A DNA stretch of 61,975 nt, counting the filler. It is 7 parts of 7 records of this genome, joined end to end, with 100 filler letters (N's around TTAATTAATTAA, not from the genome) between each part and the next. Parts side by side here need not be neighbours in the genome. Positions count along the whole stretch, not along the records: positions 1 to 17,202 come from SRR31147125_23753; 6 more parts are not named here. One strand, given 5' to 3'. Both the position numbers and the translations under genes were made by a program. Under the pieces are notes generated by a model that was not told where the DNA came from, did not search any database, and saw only the letters and a list, made by a program, of their open reading frames with translations. Below, piece by piece: positions 1 through 7,918 of the stretch; positions within the stretch are counted from its first letter, which is position 1, and every line of letters starts with the position of its first letter.

Positions 1-15
1 ATATTTTTTTAGCGT

Positions 16-168
16 TCATACTGCCCCCAATCAATACCTTTGCTTTCTAACTTTTTAGCAAGTTCCACCTTAGTGTGTTTGGATAATTGATCATTAACGC
101 TTGTTCTAATTTTTGAATTATTGCTAATTGCTGTACTGGATAGTAAAAAAGCAACCAGATGGTTGCTA
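16..168 (-). repeat. Cassette-boundary repeat, copy 1 (terminator plus start-less coding 3' end ...KGIDWGQYER*)
   Basis: Aligns with 1184-1337 (about 22 mismatches in the 117-nt coding part, near-identical over the hairpin part) and with 2998-3100. Confidence 0.95.
144..168 (-). terminator. Rho-independent terminator downstream of 233..1108
   Basis: Minus strand AGCAACC-ATCT-GGTTGCT followed by T-run. Confidence 0.85.
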
Positions 169-232
169 TAATCTTTTATATTAAACTCAAATGAGTTTAG
201 TGTATTCTCGTCATGCTTATGTTGATATAGTT

Positions 233-1108
233 TTATTTAATGAAAAAATTTTTTACCGTGTAAGAGTTGCGTATATAACTATTAATAATTAAATACCCAA
301 ACACATTGATTGAAGTCGTAATCAAGAAAGCTAATACAAGAATAATTTTTTCGCTAAAGCCTAGCATAGTAATAATGCTAATGATTCCTAGAATGAAATT
401 TATAATTGCATAAGAAAGAGTGTATATTATTATTCTGTCTGGAGCAAGTTTAGATCGTTTAAAAAACAAATAGAATATATATATTTGGAATAAAACCAAA
501 ATCGAAACTAAAGCAATCTGAATAAATCCGTAATCAGCATTTATCGATCGTCCTATATATATAATCATAGTAATTAATTGATAGACAATGACACCTAGAA
601 GTAGTAGTAAATAACCTTTAATTTTCTTTCCATGTGAGTTCTCTTCCAAGTCGCTACTCCAATTCATTATTTGTTGAATAATCATCTGGTTGTCGATCTC
701 AATTTCAGTAAGGTTATCGAGTGTTTGTAATATGCTCTGGTATACTTGTATATTCTCTTCACTGCTATAACAAATTATTTTAACTTTTTTGTATTTAGAA
801 GAAATTTCCAGAAATTCATTAACAGTAATTTCTGTAATATCGGAAATCTTGATGCGCTTTGGAAAAAGGTTACCTAATAGCAATTCATCATCACTTATAT
901 ATATTACATTTTTAACCTTTCTTATAAGTATAACGTAGAATGGAGCTAAGTATAAGAGAATAAGTAATGTTGCGAAAATATATAACCCAAAAGTCATATG
1001 ACTGCCCACGCCCGCCAATGGAATTGTAAAGTTTATTAACAGCAAGATAAACAAATATTTAAGATAAGTGGGTATTTTTCTATCTCTATATATTAAGAAT
1101 TTTTGCAC
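233..1108 (-). CDS. Hypothetical multi-pass membrane protein (cassette cargo)
   Basis: 291-aa ORF, about 6 hydrophobic segments, RBS AAGGGAG, own extended -10 TGaTATTAT at 1143-1151. Confidence 0.8.
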   Translation of the reverse strand: MQKFLIYRDRKIPTYLKYLFILLLINFTIPLAGVGSHMTFGLYIFATLLILLYLAPFYVILIRKVKNVIYISDDELLLGNLFPKRIKISDITEITVNEFLEISSKYKKVKIICYSSEENIQVYQSILQTLDNLTEIEIDNQMIIQQIMNWSSDLEENSHGKKIKGYLLLLLGVIVYQLITMIIYIGRSINADYGFIQIALVSILVLFQIYIFYLFFKRSKLAPDRIIIYTLSYAIINFILGIISIITMLGFSEKIILVLAFLITTSINVFGYLIINSYIRNSYTVKNFFIK

Positions 1109-1183
1109 AAATAGACTCCCTTATGTGGTGATTTATTGTAAAATAATATCATATTTTACTAAGAAAAGAAACAATTAAAACTC

Positions 1184-1337
1184 TCATACTGTCCCCAATC
1201 AATGCCTTTGCTCTCAAGCTTTTTAGCAAGTTCAACTTTAGCTTGTTTGGAAAGTTCATCGTTTGCGATTGTCCTAACTTTTGCATCATTGCAAATTGCT
1301 GTACTGGATAATAAAAAAAGCAACCAGATGGTTGCTA
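1184..1337 (-). repeat. Cassette-boundary repeat, copy 2
   Basis: Direct repeat of 16-168; encodes AICNDAKVRTIANDELSKQAKVELAKKLESKGIDWGQYE with no start codon. Confidence 0.95.
1312..1337 (-). terminator. Rho-independent terminator, same stem as in copy 1
   Basis: AGCAACC-ATCT-GGTTGCT plus T-run on minus strand. Confidence 0.85.
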
Positions 1338-1396
1338 CAGATCGTCAATAAAGGGAACAAACGCAAAACTTTTACCAATTTAAGAGGTTAGTTTTA

Positions 1397-1541
1397 CTTA
1401 CATCGTCAAAAAATTCTTTTGTTCCTTTCCAATACGATTCTCTGTATCCTTTGCTGAAAAGTCATAGCCTAATTCATTTTTGTTAATTTAAGCTATATCT
1501 TGGTAATCATTTAAACATATACTTCTAACTAATACTTCTAT
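1397..1541 (-). pseudogene. Truncated GNAT acetyltransferase remnant
   Basis: Translates IEVLVRSICLNDYQDIA*INKNELGYDFSAKDTENRI..., a GNAT-like N-terminus (IR...D..DI...ELGY) with an in-frame stop and no C-terminus. Confidence 0.6.
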
Positions 1542-1543
1542 TC

Positions 1544-2098
1544 TTAGTTTTCTTTTTTCACATATTCTGATTTCAGCATTCTATACTCAACTCTATCTTT
1601 TAATCTTCCGTTATGAAATATAAATTCTTTAAAATCAGCTTCTTTTATCATATTGCATTTTCTCATCACTTTTTCTGATGAGATATTTTCTTTAAAGCAT
1701 CCTGTAGAAATGCGATATACGTCATTTTCCTCAAAGGCAAAACGAATGATTTCTCTAACTGCCTCTGTCGTATAACCTTTATTGTGAAATTTTTCTAAAA
1801 TGAAATATCCTAAATGAACAAATTTACCAAGTTCTAAAAACTTTGTAACCGTATAGCCAGCACTTCCGATAAAGTTGCCTGTAGATTTTTCTTCAATGAC
1901 AAAAAAGTACCGCTCTCTTTTAGGGTTTTCAATCTGAGAAATTGTTTGTCTTAAGTTTTCTCTTGTTTCAGAAATATCTTTTGTCTGGATATCCTGTAAA
2001 TAATACATTAACTTTTCGTCAGACATGAGTTTGTGCATATTATCTATATCTGAAAGTTTTGGTTCTCTAATTATTAATTGATCTGTTTTTATAATCAA
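1544..2098 (-). CDS. GNAT N-acetyltransferase, RimJ/RimL type
   Basis: IKTDQLIIRE start, LGYFILEKFHNKGYTTEAV acetyl-CoA motif, ENISSEKVMRKCNM. Confidence 0.9.
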   Translation of the reverse strand: MIIKTDQLIIREPKLSDIDNMHKLMSDEKLMYYLQDIQTKDISETRENLRQTISQIENPKRERYFFVIEEKSTGNFIGSAGYTVTKFLELGKFVHLGYFILEKFHNKGYTTEAVREIIRFAFEENDVYRISTGCFKENISSEKVMRKCNMIKEADFKEFIFHNGRLKDRVEYRMLKSEYVKKEN

Positions 2099-2858
2099 AT
2101 TTTCGCTTATTCCTTTTTGAATTTTTAATAGTAGTGATTACGACGGAAGCTATAATTATAGCTATTGCAGTAACGATAGTGCTTTCGAGGTTCATATTTT
2201 CATAACTGTAATTTAAGTATTTGCTATCTCCTAAGAAAGTTAATATTGCATGTGGTAGGTTTACAATATAGGCTGTTATAATGCTATTAGTGATTCTATA
2301 ACTGATTCCGAATAAAATTCCTACCAAGAATAACGTAAGCAATGCTTCAAAATCAAGCCCGATAAAACTTTGTGCTGAATGATAAAGTGAAAAACATAAG
2401 CTTGATAACAGAATAGCTATTACTACACCAAATTGTTTTTCAAACCTAGAAAGTAAAATCCCTCTGAAAAAGATTTCTTCAAATAAAGTTGAAAATATCA
2501 TAGCAATAACAATATATATAATTTGACTGGTAGGTACTTGTGGTAATGTCAGAGTGAAGAATCGACTGCCGCATGTAACGATTGCAATTACTAAACCTAT
2601 AATAATTTCTTTTGGTACAATCGTTGTATTTAATCCAATGCTTCGTAAGGTGAGGTTTTTTCTTATCAACATAATATAGAGGGGTATCCATATACAAAAA
2701 ACTATGGCAAATATGCCATGATAGAATAAATAGAAAAGCCAAGTACCTAAAAAAATATCAGCTATATAATTTGCAGTCCAGCAAACAATCATCAAACCAA
2801 ATAATAGAATTGATTCGGTATTTTTTTGGAAGTGTATTAGTCTATTCGCTTTTAACAT
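2067..2858 (-). CDS. CPBP (CAAX/Abi) intramembrane metalloprotease
   Basis: FEEIFFRG and FSLYH motifs, multi-TM; extended -10 TGaTATAAT at 2889-2897. Confidence 0.9.
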   Translation of the reverse strand: MLKANRLIHFQKNTESILLFGLMIVCWTANYIADIFLGTWLFYLFYHGIFAIVFCIWIPLYIMLIRKNLTLRSIGLNTTIVPKEIIIGLVIAIVTCGSRFFTLTLPQVPTSQIIYIVIAMIFSTLFEEIFFRGILLSRFEKQFGVVIAILLSSLCFSLYHSAQSFIGLDFEALLTLFLVGILFGISYRITNSIITAYIVNLPHAILTFLGDSKYLNYSYENMNLESTIVTAIAIIIASVVITTIKNSKRNKRKFDYKNRSINN

Positions 2859-2997
2859 ATTACATCCTTATTGTATTATTTGCCATTAATTATATCATCT
2901 GTAAGATGTGAAGTCATCATCTATCTGCGCATCTCCATGATAAATATATTCTTTTAATATTTTTTCAATACCCCTATCTTTCATATAAACCTACTTT

Positions 2998-3105
2998 TCA
3001 TACTGCCCCCAATCAATCCCCCTATTCTCAAGCTTCTTAGTAAGTTCAATCTGTACTTGCTTGGAAAGTTCATCGTTTGCGATTGTTCTAATTTTTTATT
3101 GCTTA
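2998..3105 (-). repeat. Cassette-boundary repeat, copy 3 (coding part only, no terminator)
   Basis: Encodes KIRTIANDELSKQVQIELTKKLENRGIDWGQYEK*; similarity to copies 1 and 2 is lost near 3100-3108. Confidence 0.9.
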
Positions 3106-3252
3106 ATAGTTCGTTCGTACATAAGGCTCTTTTGTATTGATAATCTTCTGCAAGCTTAAAAATAGAATAGGCAAAAGTGAATAATTATAGGGACACTTGG
3201 CTGTATTATTGGTAAAAACTGAGTAAATTTGACAATTAACGAGCAAAAAGAG

Positions 3253-3289
3253 TTGCCCTATACCCTATGATTTGGTACAATCATACGGG
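3253..3289 (+). promoter_or_regulatory. Putative sigma-A promoter of the GT2 operon with overlapping inverted repeat
   Basis: TTGCCC(3253)-17 bp-TACAAT(3276) with TG extension; TATGATT/AATCATA inverted repeat flanks the -10; ATG at 3290. Confidence 0.5.
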
Positions 3290-5124
3290 ATGGCTGATAA
3301 AAGAGAATTAGAAAAAACACCAAAAAAATTATACGAGAGAAGATTGCTTCCCCACGCCCCTGATCCTGTAAAAAAAGAGACGGACGTGAAAGGCGTGGTA
3401 ACGTAAGATACGCATACAAACTTGGTAAATACACCAATGATTATTTTGACTTTGGTGTAAGATATGATACTGAATTTCCTGTCGAGATTATAAAATTTGA
3501 TGGTAAAAATATAAGATGCGTAGCGGAGAATATTTCTTCTAGTGGTATGCTGATAAAGGCATATGTAAAAGACTATAAGCGAATGAAAAACTCGTCACAA
3601 TTATCGCTTGTTTTTGAGGTGCCAGAAGGTTCGATTACCGAAAAATACCAGCGAAAAATCCGAATAAAAGCTTCGGTGAAAAGATGTTTTGTAAGAGAAG
3701 AAGCTAAAGGATTGGTCTATATTGCGCTTGAATTTAAAAACAACCTAAATGAGCATTTAAAAAAGAGTAAATGGATTTCGGATATTACCCTTTCAAGTAT
3801 AATGCTGGGTTTGATTGGATTATTAATCATCCTGTTGCGGGTTGATAGTATCATCTATTTTAAGAGCAGGCCGCTGGTTTATGCCTATAGTATTTTAACA
3901 GCAATATATCTGACAACTCGATATTTGTTTGCAATTTTTTATAGGAATGTCCCAATTGACCCAGAATACACACCCGGGGTTTCTATTGTTATTCCATGTT
4001 TTAATGAGGAAAAATATATTCACAAAACCATAACGAGCTGTCTTGATCAGAATTATCCGTTAGATAAAATTGAAGTTATTGTTGTTGATGACTGTTCAAC
4101 AGATCAGTCTGTTAGAGCGATTCAAAAATTCTATGATCATTTGATTGAAAATTTGGACGACGGCTATGATATAAAAAATCGCTTAAAATGCGTGTTTCTA
4201 AAAACGAATCAAGGGAAAAGATGTGCGCTGGCGGAAGGTATGAAAGTTGCGACGCATGATTTTATTACTTTTGTTGATTCGGATAGTTTTTTAGAACCAC
4301 TGGCAATACGGTTTTTGGTACAGCCATTTGTTGACCCTAAAATTGGTGCGGTAACAGGCAGAACGGATGTTGAGAATGCTTGGACAAACTGGATTACGAA
4401 GATGCAGGGTGTTAGATATTATATTGCCTTTAGGATATTAAAAGCAGCGGAATCCGTTTTTGATGCAGTTACCTGTTTGTCAGGTCCAATTGCTTGCTAT
4501 AGAAGAGATTTGCTAGAAAAGCATGTTGACGACTGGTTGAATCAGAAGTTTTTTGGTGTGCAAGCAACTTTTGGGGATGACCGTAGTATGACAAATTTTA
4601 TATTAAAACACAACCGAACGGTTTATCAGGACGCTGCGATTTGTAAAACAGTTGTTCCTTCCGAGATGAAACCGTTTTTAAAACAGCAGATGCGCTGGAA
4701 AAGATCTTGGCTAAGAGAGACGCTTCGTGCCGGTGGATTTATGTGGCGCAAAGAACCCTTTCAAGCACTTTCATTCTATGCTGGGTTTATTGTTCCGCTT
4801 TTGGCACCGTTTATTGTTATTTATAATCTAGTGTATATTCCTTTGACAAAAAACTTGTTCCCTGTTGTTTTTCTGACAGGTATATTGCTGATGAGCCTTT
4901 TGATGAGTGTTGTATACATGTTGATTAAAAGAAGTCGGATATGGTTATATGGGCTTGTGTTCTGTTTGTTTTATGAGTGTGTCCTTTTATGGCAGATGCC
5001 AATTGCTATATTGACATTTTGGAAAAAGACATGGGGCACAAGAGATACAAAAGAAGATGTGGAAGCTGAAAATAAACGCAAGGACTTTAAGAAAAGATTT
5101 TTTTATAAAGATGCTCGTAGTTAA
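3290..5124 (+). CDS. PilZ-domain-fused processive GT2 polysaccharide synthase (HAS/NodC/IcaA-like); frameshift at A7 run 3370-3376
   Basis: DDCS, DSDS, GDDR, QQMRW motifs and TM helices; frame upstream of 3547 reads RERRGNVRY...ENISSSGM (PilZ RxxxR and NxSxxG); one extra A joins it to ATG 3290. Confidence 0.85.
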
Positions 5125-5148
5125 AAACTGCGAAAAGAGGAAGAACTA

Positions 5149-6786
5149 TTGTCATTTGATTTAAAAAAGAAAAACAGAAATAAAGTTATAAGAACGATTA
5201 TTCAGATATGTATGCTGTTAAGCGTTGCATTGTTTTTTGTTAAAGTCACCTTTTTCCCTAAAAAATACGAAGAAAGCGATTCGGCAAACTGGAAGCAAAG
5301 TGACGGGTTTATTGCGCTATCATATGTTGGTGTTGCAAGAACATCAAACTACCAGCTTGTTTCTAAGGATCAGTTGTCGCAGCATTTATCTGCTTTAAAA
5401 AAAGCCGGCTATGTGACAATTGGCGTAGATGATATAGTTGCGTTTTATGAAAAAGGGCAAAAACTTCCTGATAAAGCGTTGTATATTATGTTTGAAGATG
5501 GAAGAAAAGATTCTATTATTTTTGCTGAGAAATTACTGAAAGAAAACAATTACAAAGCTACCATGATGAACTATGCATTTAATGTGGTAAATGATGATGA
5601 TGCTTTTGTTAAGAAAAAGGATATGTTGAACCTTGAAAAGAATACCTTTTGGGAAAATGGATCGAATGGATATCGCTTTTCTTATATCAATGTTAGAGAA
5701 ACAAAAGAGTTGACAGATGCAGATAATGACGGAGATTATAACGAGGAATATTTTGAGTATAATCATTACTTGATGGATTATTTAAGAGACCGTGATGGGA
5801 TTCCTGTTGAAGACTTAAAGGAAATGCGCGAAAGAATCAACTGGGATTATCATAAGATGAACAGTGTCTATACAAATGCCATAGGCTATGTGCCTAGTGT
5901 TTATGCAATTATGCATGCTGGTGGTCTTTTTAACAAAGTGGATTCGGATGTTGAAAAAGTAAATTTAGAAAATATATATCAAATGTTTGATGTTATGTTC
6001 AATCAGGAAGGATCTTGTTATAATAGTGCGCATCATAGTATCTATAATTTAACGAGAATGCAAGTGCAGCCAGATTGGAGTGTCAATCGACTCATTATGG
6101 AGATTGAGAACTACACAGACTTAGGAGTACCGTTTGTTGTTGGAGAAGATGCGGAATCTCGTCTGGAGGTAGTAAACGGCGTCGCTATGATTGATGAACA
6201 GGATATTGTATTAACTTCGGAATATGATGAAAAAGCATTGGTTAGATTAAAAGGAACGGATAATTGGCAGAACCTGAGAGTTCATGCCGGGATTGCAGGC
6301 AGAGAACAGGGCTATCAAAAAATTCTTTTGAGAAAAACCGATAAGACATATGTTGAAATTGATATAAATCAATATAAACTAAAGATAAGCGAAATGGCTA
6401 ATGAAAAAGGGATAACAGTACTCTATGATGATTTTTTACCAGGTGGTGAAAAAATGCAGCAAAATGATGACACGTTTGATTTAGAACGGGTTGATCAGAG
6501 CACAGAATATGCTGAAGCCGCAGATCAAAGCGATACATTTGAACTCAGAAAAAGAACAATGGCATCTGGGCTAGAACAAATTGTTTGGGATTTGGATATT
6601 GAGCTTGTGGGTAGTAAATTGGAAATCACAGTCAATAACATTTCCAATAAAAAAATTGTAGTGAATATAGATGAGCAGATTGAGGCTGGAAGTATCATGC
6701 TGAAAAGCTACAGTGATGAAGGCGGTTATGATGGGATATTTAACGACTTGAACGTTGAACTGATACTGGAAGAAGAGGGATCATGA
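5149..6786 (+). CDS. Membrane-anchored polysaccharide deacetylase-like protein (IcaB/PgaB-like, atypical motif)
   Basis: N-terminal TM; ALKKAGYVTI...KLPDKALYIMFEDG CE4-like motif; C-terminal beta-rich domain. Confidence 0.75.
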   Translation: MSFDLKKKNRNKVIRTIIQICMLLSVALFFVKVTFFPKKYEESDSANWKQSDGFIALSYVGVARTSNYQLVSKDQLSQHLSALKKAGYVTIGVDDIVAFYEKGQKLPDKALYIMFEDGRKDSIIFAEKLLKENNYKATMMNYAFNVVNDDDAFVKKKDMLNLEKNTFWENGSNGYRFSYINVRETKELTDADNDGDYNEEYFEYNHYLMDYLRDRDGIPVEDLKEMRERINWDYHKMNSVYTNAIGYVPSVYAIMHAGGLFNKVDSDVEKVNLENIYQMFDVMFNQEGSCYNSAHHSIYNLTRMQVQPDWSVNRLIMEIENYTDLGVPFVVGEDAESRLEVVNGVAMIDEQDIVLTSEYDEKALVRLKGTDNWQNLRVHAGIAGREQGYQKILLRKTDKTYVEIDINQYKLKISEMANEKGITVLYDDFLPGGEKMQQNDDTFDLERVDQSTEYAEAADQSDTFELRKRTMASGLEQIVWDLDIELVGSKLEITVNNISNKKIVVNIDEQIEAGSIMLKSYSDEGGYDGIFNDLNVELILEEEGS

Positions 6787-6787
6787 C

Positions 6788-7918
6788 ATGCGCATATGTA
6801 AGCTGATGATCATAGCGATGATAGCCTCTCTTTCCTTTGTGTTTTTAAATAGCTGTAGTACTAATATGATTGATGAAGCAATAGTAGAGAATGAAAGCAT
6901 AGAGATTGAAGAAGCAATAGTAGAGATTGATGGTAGTGAGGATGAAGCTATTGAGGTTTTTAGAGAACCTGAAGAAATCGGTGCTTATCTAGATTTTTGG
7001 TGTGTTTATTGGGATTATGCCGAAGGCTTATATGAGATGGACGACCTGCATGCTTTTGCACAGGCATATGATTTGCCTAAGGACATTCAATTTTGTTCAG
7101 CAGATATGTTTGCATTAGATTTTTACAGCGATATGAGCTTACACTTTTCTAATAAAGTTGATTTGAATCGATTTAAAACGGATAAAGAGAAATATATAAC
7201 GATTGTAAACGATGTTATAGAGCCTGATGGAAAAAATATTATTAAAGATGGAGAAATCATTACCAAAATTATGCTTTCCGATGAAAACAGGAAAAAGCAT
7301 ATGGAAGATATACTGACTTTTATGATGTCGCATGATTTTGACGGCGTTACACTGGATTATGAGAAAGTGGAAAGTCAAGCTTGGGACGCATATGCAACGT
7401 TTATTGATGAGCTAGGTCAGCTTTTGAAAAAGAACGGATATAAGTTAAGAGTGGTACTAGAAACTAGATGTCCGGTAGAAAAAATAGATTTTCCACAAGG
7501 ATATCAATATATTTTTATGTGTTACAATTTATATGGTTGGCACAGTGGACCTGGGCCAAAAGCGGATTATGCATATATTGAGCAGACGTGTGAACGTTTG
7601 AAAAATAATTTTGATGATGGTGCAATCGCCTTTTCGCTTGGTGGATTTGATTGGTACGGTGATGAAATTAATACATTAACGTTTACTCAAGCGCAAGAGC
7701 TTATTAAAACATATCAAGTAGAGATAAAAAGAGATGCCCAAAGTGAGGTTGCATATTTTGAATATCAGGATAGCGGCGTTAATCATACAGTTTGGTATTG
7801 TGATGGACAGACGTTAAACGGATGGATTGAGTCGGCAAAGAGCAAAGGTATATACAGTATTAGCATTTGGAGATTAGGCGGGAATTTGGTTATTGGAGAA
7901 GAGCATGAAGAAAAGTAG
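6788..7918 (+). CDS. GH18 family glycoside hydrolase lipoprotein
   Basis: Lipobox FLNSC, FDGVTLDYE catalytic motif, FMCYN, IWRLGG. Confidence 0.85.
   Translation: MRICKLMIIAMIASLSFVFLNSCSTNMIDEAIVENESIEIEEAIVEIDGSEDEAIEVFREPEEIGAYLDFWCVYWDYAEGLYEMDDLHAFAQAYDLPKDIQFCSADMFALDFYSDMSLHFSNKVDLNRFKTDKEKYITIVNDVIEPDGKNIIKDGEIITKIMLSDENRKKHMEDILTFMMSHDFDGVTLDYEKVESQAWDAYATFIDELGQLLKKNGYKLRVVLETRCPVEKIDFPQGYQYIFMCYNLYGWHSGPGPKADYAYIEQTCERLKNNFDDGAIAFSLGGFDWYGDEINTLTFTQAQELIKTYQVEIKRDAQSEVAYFEYQDSGVNHTVWYCDGQTLNGWIESAKSKGIYSISIWRLGGNLVIGEEHEEK

Noticed and set aside
182-199. TAAACTCA-AA-TGAGTTTA inverted repeat next to repeat copy 1
   Set aside because: No counterpart next to copy 2, so not part of the conserved module; possibly chance in AT-rich DNA
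16-3105. Repeats as a CRISPR array or classical integron attC sites
   Set aside because: Units are over 110 bp with gene-sized spacers and no cas genes; no RYYYAAC...GTTRRRY palindromic attC structure; divergence follows codon positions
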